64,000 nucleotides of DNA from Eledone cirrhosa (GCA_964016885.1 OZ024741.1:205654001-205718000); one strand, 5' to 3'. Positions 1 through 13,028 are shown, counted from the stretch's first letter. The notes: generated from the sequence alone by a model not told the origin. Numbers and translations are program-made.

Positions 1-518
1 GTGTTGTATGTGGTCCTAGATGTATGTATTACCTGCCTGCGTGTTGTATGTAGTCCTACATGTATGTACTACCTGCTCATGTATTGCATGTGGTCCGAGC
101 TGTATGTATTACCTGATTATGTGTTGTATGTGGTCCTAGATGTTTGTATTATCTGATTTTGTGTTGTATGTGGTCCTAGATGTGTGTGCTACCTCCTTAT
201 GTGTTGCATGTGGTCCTAGATGTATGTATTACCTGCTTATGTGTTGTATGTGGTCCTAGATGTATGTGCTACCTGCTTATGTGTTGTATGTGGTCCTAGA
301 TGTATTACCTGCTTGTGTGTTGTATGTGGTCCTAGATGCATGTATTACCTGCTTATGTGTTGTATGTGGTCCTAGATGTATGTATTACCTGCTTGTGTGT
401 TGTATGTGGTCCTAGATGCATATATTGCCTGCTTATGTGTTGTATGTGGTCCTAGATGTGTGTATTACCTGCTTATGTGTTGTATGTGGTCCTAGATGTG
501 TGTGCTACCCGCTTCTAT
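1..518. repeat. 40-bp tandem minisatellite (consensus GTGTTGTATGTGGTCCTAGATGTATGTATTACCTGCTTAT), about 13 copies, open at the left edge
   Basis: GTGGTCCTAGA recurs with a 40-bp period, with one 36-bp unit near 281-316. Confidence 0.95.
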
Positions 519-926
519 GTTTTTTCTTTTCTTTTTTTTTATTTGTAATATTATTTATACAATAGGGAATAAAATAAATCTACATAGTGTTAACTTGTTA
601 CGGTTGAGTCAATAATTTCAGACATGAAATACATTATTATCGGTGAAGGAAAGACGAGATTCTAACTGGCTGCACTCAGTGTCCTTGACCCAGTTGACTG
701 TGGATTTTTCCAATTTTAGGATCTCAATTGCCGGTTTATGTCTAGACACGCCTGCTCACAGCTGCGTTCAGACCATAGTTATGCTGTCTTCATGCTCATT
801 CAAATGCATTCACACTGGCTGTCTCAGAGACATACAAATATGGCTTATAAAACTTACCAAAGTATAGAGCAGGTAGGTAGGTAAATAGATAAACAGATAG
901 AAAATGAAAGTGGGTTGGAGGTAAAA

Positions 927-934
927 AGAGAGAG

Positions 935-1002
<68 letters not shown>
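927..1002. repeat. (GA)n microsatellite
   Basis: Direct reading. Confidence 0.95.
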
Positions 1003-1005
<3 letters not shown>

Positions 1006-1014
1006 AGTAAAAGA

Positions 1015-1194
1015 ATCTTCCGGATACATCAGATTCTTCATTTTACCGTTCGTGCTTAGTATATTAAGATTTCTAGGTGTTTCCACTCAATAATAACCTA
1101 CATATAACTGTCCATGGGTAAAAACCGATTCTCTCGTATTCAATCCTACAACTTTCAGTCTTTATTCCCGTCATAGCAAAACTGGTTCTAACAG
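1015..1194 (-). pseudogene. Helitron Rep-Hel PIF1-type helicase, C-terminal remnant (3' half of a gene split by the Gypsy insertion)
   Basis: Minus strand reads, across a frameshift, PV-RTSFAMT...LKVVGLNTRESVFTHGQLYVG..*VETPRNLNILSTNGKMKNLMYPE. This matches the Helitron helicase motifs FAMTINKSQGQ, VFSHGQLYVA and TKNIVYxE. It carries a stop and a deletion. Confidence 0.85.
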
Positions 1195-1370
1195 TGTTAT
1201 AATACTTGTACGAAACGAGGGTAAAAGCCAAGGTATTCACCAGGCGTAATTCCGTACTACCAACGAGACTCCGTACACAAAGTCTACCTGACAGTTCACT
1301 TCAGTTCTTATTTATAGAGTTTCGTCCACTTTTAGTTATGTGGGGTTATTCAGAGTTTCCCCCAACAACA
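1195..1370 (-). repeat. Gypsy 3' LTR, preceded by a polypurine tract (AAAAGGGGAGA, 1371-1381); the PPT/LTR start is duplicated at about 1430-1460
   Basis: Shares GAAACGAG, GTATTCACCAGG, TGACAGTTCACTT and GTCCACTTTTAGTTA blocks with 20105-20270. The PPT is followed directly by TGTT on the minus strand. Confidence 0.8.
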
Positions 1371-1559
1371 TCTCCCCTTTTGAGATTCCTCTTCCTCGGG
1401 AGTGTGAATATATATGTATATATATTTTTTTCAGTTTTCCCCCAACATCTCCCTTTTTGAGAACTCCGCCCGGGGCTTAATATTTTTTACGCTTTGGATC
1501 CACTTCTAATAATTCCGTACGTTTCCTTTTCCTTGTAGATTCAACAATTTCTTTGGGGT

Positions 1560-2092
1560 TGGTACATCGAAAATATCATATAACACTTCCATTAGTTCTT
1601 CATTTCTCGTGACCCTTTCTTCAGCAAACCTTTTTTTTAAAAACTGATTTATATGTCTCTTATGTTCTCATTTCTGACCTGTTACCACATACAACATTTT
1701 CCAATTTGTTTACTCATCACGCCGTCTTTCCACATTTCTTTACCATTTGTATACATTCTAAAAAAAACACTGTCGCCAATTTTGACAAATTTTGTATTAT
1801 TTTTGTTATCCGATATTTTTCTTTTTCGACCTGATAACAGTTTGTCAACCACTGACTTAATTTTCCTTGCAAATATCAATTCCGCAGGGGTATTAGGATG
1901 AGGCGTTACACGGTATACCCGTAATAATTCTTGAAGTGCTAAATCATCTACTATTTCATTGTTTGCTTTCTTTAAGGCCCTCTTAAATGTATCCACAAAC
2001 CGTTCCGCATGTCCATTTGACCTTCGATGATGTGGCGGAGTAGTAACATATTCAATAAAGAACATTTTACAAAATCTTTTAAATTCATACAC
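1560..2092 (-). pseudogene. Gypsy integrase C-terminal remnant
   Basis: ORF 1682-2092 reads EFKRFCK...TTPPHHRRSNGHAERFVDTFKRALKK...YRVTPHPNTPAELIFARKIKS (rve SNG.AER motif, K02A2.6-like). Confidence 0.9.
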
Positions 2093-2436
2093 GGTCCGGA
2101 CCTCCAGATGGAGAAAAACTGGAGCGAGGTGACGAACAGGGTGGCCTCTCTCACCCAGAAATGGGCCGAGAGGAAGTTGTCCCTGAAATGTCGGGCAGAG
2201 GTGGCGAATGCGTTCATCGCGTCCGACATCTGCTACCGCCTAACCGTTGTGCCTTGATTCGGCCCAACTGACAAAAATGGAGCGCCTCCTCTTCCATTTT
2301 TTATGGAAGAGACGTGCTCCCATGGCCAGACGCTCCATCTGCTGTCAACAGCCGTTGCGTGGAGGGCTGGGCATACCGTGCTGATGATGCGCAAACACGC
2401 GCTGAGACTGCGACGTCTCTGGTGCTTCCTTGACGG
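2093..2436 (+). mobile_element. Tx1/L1-clade non-LTR retrotransposon fragment (post-RT region)
   Basis: NWSEVTNRV..LTQKWAERKLSLKCRAEVAN...YRLTVVP and a downstream RGGLGIP motif; GC-richer than the flanks. Confidence 0.7.
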
Positions 2437-2521
2437 TGCAAAAATGAGGATACACAAACACACACACATACACAGAGACAATTTCACTTTTATATGTATG
2501 TATATACAAACACATATGCAC

Positions 2522-2554
<33 letters not shown>

Positions 2555-2599
2555 TATATATAAATATACACATAAACATATATCTATCTATCTATCTAG

Positions 2600-2816
2600 G
2601 GCGGGTAAAATTCCCGAGATCCATGGACGAGTTCTCTCCAGCGGTCTCTGTCCCTCATTATCGCTGCCATGTCCTGCGTCTCCAACAGACCAGTGTCACT
2701 CCTTAGGGCATCAACATATGTTAACCTTGGTCTTCCTCTTCTAGTGTGTCCAGGCAGGGGCTCCAACAGGAGCACTGATGCAGTGTCAACTCTGGATGTC
2801 GGTGAGCATGTCCAGT
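2600..2816 (-). mobile_element. RTE-like LINE 3' fragment
   Basis: Minus strand reads ASVLLLEPLPGHTRRGRPRLTYVDALRSDTG (R.RGRP C-terminal motif of RTE-type ORFs). Confidence 0.55.
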
Positions 2817-2912
2817 TCGTGAGTTTTTAACAGGCACTCACAAATAAACGTTTCTCATTGGAGGTGCTATTACCAATGTTCTTACCCGTGCAACGCCGGG
2901 ATACACTGCTAG
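2817..2912 (+). mobile_element. Helitron 3' terminus
   Basis: CCCGTGCAACGCCGGG hairpin then CTAG|T; near-identical to 18466-18561. Confidence 0.8.
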
Positions 2913-3093
2913 TTTGTTTTAAGGTAACAGGTAATTCCCGTAATACGTTACACAATATACTTTTTATTTCCTTTTCAGCTCTTAATGCCACGATCACTGT
3001 GTCTTCAAATGGTTCACTATTTTTAGGTATCAATCTTGATAGACTATCAGCGTGTCCTAATTTTTAGATGGTAGATACTCCATTTTAAAATCA
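2913..3093 (-). pseudogene. Gypsy RNase H C-terminal/linker remnant
   Basis: Minus strand reads (Y)DFKMEYLPSK../GHADSLSRLIPKNSEPFEDTVIVAL (HADxLSR motif) and continues the segment that stops at 18562. Confidence 0.85.
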
Positions 3094-3459
3094 TCTATCT
3101 CCTTATAATATATAACCAGCAATTTCTCTGTCTGTCTGTCCGACGCGTAGAGAGAGAGAATGAGAGTGAAAGAAAGAGACAGACTACAAGAGGGGGATAG
3201 CGGGAGGGAGAGAGAGAGACACTGGAAGAGGGGAAGGAAAGCTATGTGTTGCTGTCTGCATTACGATACATATATATATACACATACACACTGAGCGCGT
3301 CATAATGACGTAATGCAGACAGCCAGACAGACAGACAGATATTATAAGGGCGCAACGTTATATCTATGTATCTATCTAAAAAGAAAGACTAAGAATTATA
3401 TAGAGAGAACGCTAAATCGCCTAATGCGGTCCCTAGGGCATTGAAAATTTGAAATAATT

Positions 3460-3668
3460 TTTGCTCAAAACACTCACAGGACCATAAGTATTACATGTGT
3501 AAAGTTTGAAAACAATCGGTTGGGTGGTTCTCGCTGCTAGTCTATATATCTAAAACAGAGAATGTCTGTCTGTCTGTCTGACTCCCTAAAACTCGAGAAC
3601 CACCCAACCGATTGTTTTCAAACTTTACACATGTAATACTTATGGTCCTGTGAGTGTTTTGAGCAAAA
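3460..3668. repeat. About 75-bp inverted repeat of non-autonomous Helitron sequence around a CTAG|TC junction
   Basis: 3460-3533 is the reverse complement of 3594-3668; the spacer contains CTGCTAG-TCTATATATC and (GTCT)n. Confidence 0.85.
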
Positions 3669-3793
3669 AATATTTTATCACCATATTTCTAATGAAAGAC
3701 ATTGCTTATAATTTTCAAATCATTCTGAAAATAATAAAAAATATGAAGAGATTTCATAATATAAATTTCAGATTATTCAGTTAGTATTTAGGG

Positions 3794-3987
3794 CAGAGGT
3801 TCTCAAACGTTTTGGGCCACCGTCCCCCTTACAGCCACGCAATACCCTCAGTGCCCCAACCCTATTTCCAGAGAGGCCTGCCTACACACAAATTGTAAAT
3901 AATATATAATAAATAAAATTGTTAATTTATATATAATAAATAATAAATTCATAGCATTGGCGGTAATGCTCACTTTGAGAACCTCTG
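3794..3987. mobile_element. hAT (Charlie-like) MITE, 194 bp
   Basis: 14-bp TIR CAGAGGTTCTCAAA / TTTGAGAACCTCTG; 8-bp TSD ATTTAGGG / ATTTAGAG (one mismatch). Confidence 0.85.
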
Positions 3988-4382
3988 ATTTAGAGCATAA
4001 CTTAACAAAGGTGCTTACATAAAATTATTAGGGAAGGATTTTAGATGAAAGGAAATGCTTTACAACAAACAGTTTTATGTTGTAGAAGGGGTGGTTTGAT
4101 ATCAAGAAGGTAATCATTCTTGTTAATCCATCCTACAAAGATATCCTGATCATAGTGAATGGGCTTATTCACGGATGACTGAAATTCAGGTTTGATTGCT
4201 TGCTTGAAAAACTATCTGAGAAGAAATATGATCTTACAGTTAACAATGGACAATAACTAGTCAATTGCAGTTGCAACCAAGAAGAGTACACAAGCATAAA
4301 AGTCTAAAGCAGATGTAAAAATAATAAAAATCATAGATAATGAACAAGATTGGTAAAAGTATTTAACACTTTAATACAATTT

Positions 4383-4745
4383 CATCATCATCATTTAACA
4401 TCCATTTTCCCTAACAAGGGTTGGATGGAGCTACTGACCAATCACATGAACCAGGGGCTGCATCTCGCTTACATACAATCCCAGACTTTACAGGGTGCAC
4501 TGGGCAAATTTTATCATGGCACTAGCACAAAGAAGGTTGTGCTATCTTTGACATAACTGAAGAGTACCCTTATCCCATTTTTGGCTTGGTTTCTACAGTT
4601 GGGTGCTCACTAACTACCTTACAAGGTGTACTGGGTGCATTTTTCGTGGCACCAGCACTAGAGAGGTTGTCATGCTGTGACTAAGGGGTCCTCTTCATCT
4701 TTTGGAATGGTTTCTATGACTGGAAGCCTTTCCTATCATTGACTC
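4383..4745 (-). mobile_element. Degenerate SINE/RTE-related retroposon 3' region with (ATG)n tail and an internal ~130-bp duplication
   Basis: CATCATCATCATTTAACATCC tail, with a similar tail at 5525-5580; GGTTTCTA.. and TGGCAC.AGCAC blocks each occur twice. Confidence 0.45.
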
Positions 4746-5635
4746 AACTGCCCCACGGAGAAATGGAAAGTATAAAAAAATGATTGATAATGAAGGCTGG
4801 TAAAAATGCTTTTCACTGTTAACCCTTTTTATATCAAACCACCCAAACTGTCCCTGGGTCCCTGCAAAAACCTTGTTAATTTGTTCAAAACATCAACTTA
4901 ATAACGAGAAAGCTAGTGACATTATAAAATGAATTCTTGAATATTTCCCAAATGATTTGAAAATTTCAAGCAGTCTTTCATTAGATACATAATAATGAAA
5001 GGGTTATTTCCAATTCATAATTTAAATTAATTGTCCTCATTCCACTTTGTTCTGATATTGGTGTGCGGGAACTGGAATAATATGTGTTTATCAGGTAAGA
5101 CAACACACCATCTGTTTCCATCACACCTCATTATGCTTATCTATTATTCTTATCCCATAAAATTATGTATATTGATATTCCTTCTAATCATGTGAGCTAC
5201 TATCTCCCAGTATTAAACTTATGATCAAAACAGAGTTTCAGTCCACTGGAGAGAGTCATTGCATTTGTAGATTTATTGAGGTTGATCCAAGTTAAATTTG
5301 AAATGTCACAGGTGAGTCACTGTCATATTATAACTCCTAAATTTAACATTTACCTCGTGTATATATCATTTAACTCTTAATGCCCTGCACCACATGATTT
5401 CACATTAGCATGACATTCTTGAAAAGTAGAAAACAGCACAATGACTGCATCACACAAAAAAAAATTAAAATTGTTAGTCAAATGTGAATTTTTTACAATG
5501 GTCTGTCTACAAGCAAAACTACTATCATCATCATCATCATTTTACGTCCACTTTTCCCTGCTTGCAAGGGTGGGACGGGAAATTTTGAATCAACAAACCA
5601 TTATGGCTACATCACATAAAGATCTGTCAACTAGA

Positions 5636-5900
5636 TATATAAAACTGTTGTTGTCTCTGTGTGTCCTCATTTTTGCAAAGTCTATACAAATCCACATTTC
5701 TACTCCGATTGACTTCAAACTTGCATTTATATATTCCTTTCGGTCTAAAGATACTAACTGCAGCTTTTATTTTTCAATATTCTGTTGTTAAAGGGGTGTT
5801 AGGCACCGGTTATCGATCTCCGTCGAGCCCTTATAATATCTGTCTGTATGCCTGCATGTCTGCATAACGACATTCTGACGAACACGTCATTGCTGACGTA
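5636..5900 (+). mobile_element. Non-autonomous Helitron-like repeat, 5' part
   Basis: TATATAAAACTG..(GT)n-CCTCATTTTTGCAAAG..CCGATTGACTTCAAACTT; inverted copy at 7065-7318 and a fragment at 2437-2495. Confidence 0.6.
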
Positions 5901-5912
5901 TTATCTTCGCTA

Positions 5913-5950
<38 letters not shown>

Positions 5951-5978
5951 CAGACACAGACACAGACACAGACACAGA

Positions 5979-6058
<80 letters not shown>

Positions 6059-6076
6059 TATAAACTGATATATACA

Positions 6077-6863
<787 letters not shown>

Positions 6864-7064
6864 TTAAAATAACAGATTAAAGTTCAAGCAAGGAATCGTT
6901 GCTTTCACCCTTAACGGGATCTTCTGAAACTAAAAACATCAATCTGTGAACGCAGAAGTAAATATTTCAAAAAACGTTGTAACCGAAGGAAAACAGGAAG
7001 AAGATACTTTGGTTCGTGAAGACGTTCCCTGACAATGAACGGATAATAGCGAACATAATATGTC

Positions 7065-7318
7065 ATCAATGTTCGTCAGAATGTCGTAATGCAGACAGCC
7101 AGGCATACATACATATATTATAAGAGCGCGCCTAACACCCCTTTAACAACAGAAAATTGAAAAATAAAAGCTGCAGTTAATATCTTTAGACTGGAGTTAA
7201 TATCTTTAGAATGCAAGTTTGAAGTCAATCGGAGTAGAAATGTGGATTTGTATAGACTTTGCAAAAATGAGGACACACACACACACACACACACAGACAA
7301 CATCAGTTTTATACACAT
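7065..7318 (-). mobile_element. Inverted copy of the 5636-5900 Helitron-like repeat
   Basis: Reverse-complement identity, also visible as the shared peptide SSFLQSLYKSTFLLRLTSNLH in opposite-strand ORFs. Confidence 0.7.
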
Positions 7319-7943
7319 ATATACATATACACATATACACATATACATATATGAAAAATATCCAGCATCTCATCGCACACTCCACGGAACTACCTTACGA
7401 ACTTACCCACGAACAAACACTCACATTATTTTCGAACCACGCCACCTACATCCACACCACGTATAAACACAAACACACACGTGCGTACCCCCACATATAC
7501 ACAATCAGCGTCCGGAATCCATACGCCCACCCACCCCTCTGACCCCTCTCCATCTACACGCACGCACACACCGACTTACACCCCACCCCACGCAGACACC
7601 TTTTCCTGAACATGGAACCTCGTTCTTCCCCCAACACTCACATTCACATACACACGCACACGCACACACACACACGTACACCTACACACATACACAAACA
7701 CCACCTTCAGCCCTCCCAGCTCGGACCCCTCACCTGCTCGCCCAACTCCACCCGCCACCACCCCTACATGCCTCACACCCTTCCACCACTTGTTTATTTT
7801 TATGTTTATTTTTATGTTTATTTTTATTTTTATTTGTACTCCTTCCATCTTTTTTCCTCCCTTTTCTCTGCGCCCCCCTTTCTAAATGTCTTTCCACCAC
7901 TCCCCCACACACCCTCGGAACTCTCCTCCTATCCACTTTTCTC

Positions 7944-7971
7944 CTGATGAAGGGCTTATGCCCGAAACGTC
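7944..7971 (+). ncRNA. Degenerate minimal hammerhead ribozyme motif, probably in the 3' end of a PLE remnant (about 7350-8050)
   Basis: CTGATGA-A-GGGC-TTAT-GCCC-GAAACGTC: both core boxes and stem II are present, but stem I is not evident. Confidence 0.5.
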
Positions 7972-8209
7972 CTCCCCCCACTCTCAAAAGCGTGAACCTA
8001 ATAAACTCTTATTTGTACTGCCTCTGATTTTGTTCCCGTCCAAGTTTTAACTATAAATATATATATATATATAAATGAAAGGTATAGAAAGTATTGTAGC
8101 AAGAAGCCAACAGTATTCCATAATATATAAGTGACTAAACAGAAGCAAAATTTAGTATAGCTAGATCTAAACTTAGAAATATTATAGAACAGTATAGCAA
8201 GAAACATAA

Positions 8210-10720
8210 TAGAATGGAGGCCCAACAACTGGGAGAAAAATCTGCAAATGGCTTGCGTAAGCTCATGCAGCGCTCGCGTAATGGAGAGATAGCATGCTTT
8301 CCAACAGACAAGTCTGGCAGAATGTCGGTTGACAGTCTGCCAAACTACATCCAGGCAATGCAACCCCACATCACTAACACAAGAGAAGTAACACCACAAG
8401 AGCATGAGGATAGAGAAAAAGCCCTCAATGCCCATATAATGATGTGGACAAATATAATGCAGCCCAACAAAAGGACTGCCAACAACTTCCAGGCCTGGAA
8501 CAATGACGTGCCAGCATTGTATGGGCTTTGAAAAGACCATAAAACGAGCAGTGACCCTGTCACAGGACCACCAACACGGCCAGTCTGTGGAGCTAACATT
8601 GCTAGTAACTACAGACTGTCCTACTTCCTCTCCTTGATCATACGTCCCATCATTGAAATGTCCCCAGATGTATGTGATAGCACGGAGGACCTCCTCAGCA
8701 GAATCGGCGAGAGTAACCGATCTAGGGACCTAACAAACTGCATAATAAGTAGTATGGATGTTGTGTCCCTGTATCCATCTATTGACGTGGATTTTGCTGT
8801 GGAGAAATGCGTAGAAATGATCAGTGAGAGCAATGTTGAATTCCGTGGGATTGATACCAGTGAGCTGGGACTTCTACTTAAACTTACCTATAATAATAAT
8901 TATCTAGACACATATGACCTTAGCAACCTGTGCCCTACAAGACCAGTAAGAGGCAGACCACCTACCATTACCTCAATAGCCAAGAAAACCCACACAGATA
9001 GATGGAACGGGTAGACCAGTGCCATACGGACACCCGAAAATCACGATGAACTAAAGAAAATGATTGCACATGCTGTGGGGCCAGCATAAAATTAACCCTT
9101 AAGGAACATATGTTCAAATTTAATGGAAAAACCAAGAGGATGGAGCTGCCATTGGTGTTAGCATTGCAGGCGACATAGCTAACCTATTCATTGTATGGTG
9201 GGACAGTAGACTTAAACTTAAACTTAAAGAACAATTAGAAGACCCCTTAACCCTGATAATGTACTTCCGCTACGTTGATGATATAAACATCGTAGTTAAA
9301 ACACCCCCACTAGAGAACAGTCAGGAATTAGAGAAAAACAATGGAAAGCATCCAGCAAATAGCTAACTCCATCCACCAGAGTATTAGAGTTACTATAGAC
9401 TACCCAAGCAAACACCACAACCATCTATTAACTGTACTAGACACAGAGCTCTGGTTAGATACCATTAATAACAAAAAACAAATCCTCCATTCCCATTATA
9501 CAAAACCGATGAGTTCCAAATATCTGATCCACCGAAACTCAGCTGTTTCGGACCATACCAAAATCAACATACTGATTGCGGATTTAGTACGGGTGATGAG
9601 AAACGTGTCCCGCATGTGCAACCCCGAAGAACTAGAGAGACACATACAACACTTCATCCACCGTATGCAGTTCTCAGAGAGATAAAATCAGAGTGTATAG
9701 AGGAGCCAGAACCAAATGGGAAAAAATGGTAAATAATGACACAAATGGGACCTGCCCCTTGTATAGAAGCAAAGTTTGGAATAGAATAGAAAGAACTAGG
9801 AATAAGGCTAATAGAATAAACTCATGGTATGATAGCAATAAATACCAGAGTGTAATGTTCATCGATACAACCCGTAGAGGTGAATTAGCTTACAAATTTA
9901 GAAGGGCCCTAGATAAACATAAACTCAATATTAAGATAGTAGAAAGACCAGGTACCTCCATAAAAACACTTATTAGCAAGACATACCCTTTTCAAAGACC
10001 CTCATATATAGATAAGAAATGTATAACCTGTAAAATAAGCCCCCATACTAACTGTAAAACTAGAAATGTAGTGTATAGCATAAGATGTACTGAAGGACAA
10101 TGTAGAGACAAAAATATAGTGTACATAGGTGAGACAGCTCGTAGTATAGGGGAACGGATAAATGAACACTGGCGAGACCTTCAAGATAGTAAAGAATCAT
10201 CTGTACTCTACCAACATGCTAAAATAGACATAAAGATAAATTAGAGAACATAGAAATAAAAATAGAATCTACACACAGAAAAGACGCAATGTTTAGAAAA
10301 TCACAGAGGCAATAAACATAAATGAATTACAACCAAAATTAAATAGAAAACATGAGTGGAACAGCAACATCACAACTTACAATTAAGGACAAAATGAAAA
10401 CACACACGCACATAGAACAAACAACCAACCAGTAACATGTAAATAAACAAATAAATAAACGAATATAAACACACACAGACACCCGGATGTAACACATGCG
10501 CAAACTAAGCACACAACACACACACTAAAACAAGATGGCGTAGGACAGAACAAAGGAGAGGCACTAAAAACAAAGAAAAGAATCCCCAGTCACTGAAGAG
10601 GTCACAGAATGTGTGACGAAAGAACTTTGACAATATATAAACAACCATCTGGTTGTGGAACCAACCAACCAACCGGAAATTTATAAATTCCTAAATTTAT
10701 AAATTTATTATAATAAATTG
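8210..10720 (+). mobile_element. Degenerate Penelope-like element (RT plus C-terminal GIY-YIG), pseudogenised
   Basis: PTDKSGR, LYGL*KDHK..RPVCGA, SMDVVSLYPSI, GAAIG..AGDIANL, YFRYVDDI, C..C...NC.TRNVVYSIRC...YIGETARSIGERINEH; several stops and frameshifts. Confidence 0.92.
10589..10631 (+). ncRNA. Minimal type I hammerhead ribozyme in the PLE 3' UTR
   Basis: Stem I GTCA/TGAC; CTGAAGA-G; stem II GTCACA/TGTGAC; GAAA-G-AA-C-TT (short stem III, CUU triplet). Confidence 0.75.
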
Positions 10721-10864
10721 AAGTGAAAGCAACTGGTGAGTGTGTTTCTTATTGGCAACATGACCCTCCCAAAGTATAACAATATCGGTTTCAACACACG
10801 ATTTCAGATAAAGAATCTTGCCGAACAAATTCAGAAACGAAATATATATATATATATATATATG

Positions 10865-12320
10865 CTATTAATAATGAGTTCAAATCTCAGGTAGTCCTTT
10901 ACAATGAAATAGCTCAAAGAAAGAAGTATTTCTGAGCCGTGTAATACAAGTTAATATAAATGAATATATTTGATAAACACAAATACCAACATATCCATGT
11001 TTGTATTGTAAATGACTAAGTTAGCTAGATTGAAAAATACTAATTATAATAATACAGTTTGCCTGTCTCGATTTAAAATAATAAATCAATAAAAACAAAG
11101 TATATTGGCAAATGGCCGTGGTGCTTGGACAAATTTAAATTTCAAAATCAAACCTGTTCCGTAGACTGGTTTAAACCTTAAAATCCAAATAAGTTTCGAA
11201 AAATGAAAGTGAAAGAATACCGCATTTCTATCTCCTCAGCAAGCACCAGAAAAATTGGTATGTTTCACTTCAAAATATTTAAAAAGACTGTTTAGCGCAC
11301 ATGGTTTTTCACACATGGTTATCCAGTGTCTAGCTACCGCATACTCGTGCTGCTAGAAATAACAGCCGTTTATATGGGGTTAAATTTAGCTCTACGTAAG
11401 GAGCAGTGATACTATTAATAATGAGTTCAAATCTCAGGTAGTCCTTTACAATGAAATAGCTCAAAGAAAGAAGTATTTCTGAGCCGTGTAATACAAGTTA
11501 ATATAAATTAATATATTTGATAAACACAAATACCAACATATCCATGTTTGTATTGTAAATGATTAAGTTAGCTAGATTGAAAAATACTAATTATAATAAT
11601 ACAGTTTGCCTGTCTCGATTTAAAATAATAAATCAATAAAAACAAAGTATATTGGCAAATGGCCGTGGTGCTTGGACAAATTTAAATTTCAAAATCAAAC
11701 CTGTTCCGTAGACTGGTTTAAACCTTAAAATCCAAATAAGTTTCGAAAAATGGAAGTGAAAGAATACCGCATTTCTATCTCCTCAGCAAGCACCAGAAAA
11801 ATTGGTATGTTTCACTTCAACATATTTAAAAAGACTGTTTAACGCACATGGTTTTTCACACATGGTTATCCAGTGTCTAGCTACCGCATACTTGTGCTGC
11901 TAGAAATAACAGCCGTTTATATGGGGTTAAATTTAGCTCTACGTAAGGAGCAGTGATACTATTAATAATGAGTTCAAATCTCAGGTAGTCCTTTACAATG
12001 AAATAGCTCAAAGAAAGAAGTATTTCTGAGGAGATAGAAATGCGGTATTCTTTCACTTTCATTTTTCGAAACTTATTTGGATTTTAAGGTTTAAACCAGT
12101 CTACGGAACAGGTTTGATTTTGAAATTTTTTAATTTGTCCAAGCACCACGGCCATTTGCCAATATACTTTGTTTTTATTGATTTATTATTTTAAATCGAG
12201 ACAGGCAAACTGTATTATTATAATTAGTATTTTTCAATCTAGCTAACTTAGTCATTTACAATACAAACATGGATATGTTGGTATTTGTGTTTATCAAATA
12301 TATTAATTTATATTAACTTG

Positions 12321-12322
<2 letters not shown>
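10865..12322. repeat. 547-bp tandem duplication (about 2.1 copies) followed by an inverted ~297-bp copy, flanked by (TA)n
   Basis: CTATTAATAATGAG occurs at 10865, 11412 and 11959; 12026-12322 is the reverse complement of internal unit sequence. Confidence 0.92.
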
Positions 12323-12402
<80 letters not shown>

Positions 12403-13028
12403 TAAACACATATACACACATATATATATACACATATACATATATATAAATATACACATAAAAATATATGTATATATACACACACACACACACACATTCA
12501 TATATATATACATACATACACACACACACACGCACATATATATATATATATATATGGTGGCTGCCAACTCGTTTTCGAGTACGGCCACTACTTTATATCC
12601 ATGTAGGAGAACTCCTACCGATGCGCTGAACGAGTGTGACTTTTTAGTCCAGCCAGCGACTTGAAAACTCTGGTACAAACACTACACTTGTGACAATTAT
12701 TGACACATAGTGCTGGGCCCATGGTACCATGTGACGACAAGTGCAGAGATATCTCCAGATGTAAAGCAATGCCTGTGCCGTGAAGCTTTTATAGTGAGCA
12801 AAGGCACTGCACAAAGCCAGTCCCACTCTCTTAACCAAGATGATATTTACCAAAAAGAAGAACATGACAACATCATTGGATACCATCAGAGTTGCAGGTG
12901 TTATATCAGAGTTTTCCTTCTCCTAGAATTCTGCCTTGACAAAGGCTAAGGGGTCATCTCTCCCGGTGATTTTGGATGGCCATATATATATATATATGCA
13001 TACATACACTCACATATATATATGTATC

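Noticed and set aside
1-518. 40-bp repeat as a CRISPR array
   Set aside because: No unique spacers, no cas genes, and a eukaryotic context
519-830. Poly(T) run suggesting a minus-strand retrocopy 3' end
   Set aside because: No recognisable coding motif or TSD
8529-8531. In-frame TGA in the PLE as selenocysteine (as in some Naiad PLEs)
   Set aside because: The element also has TAG/TAA stops and frameshifts and a C-terminal endonuclease, so ordinary decay explains it
12556-12980. GC-richer island between (TA)n tracts
   Set aside because: Probably a TE fragment, but I could not recognise a motif in any frame
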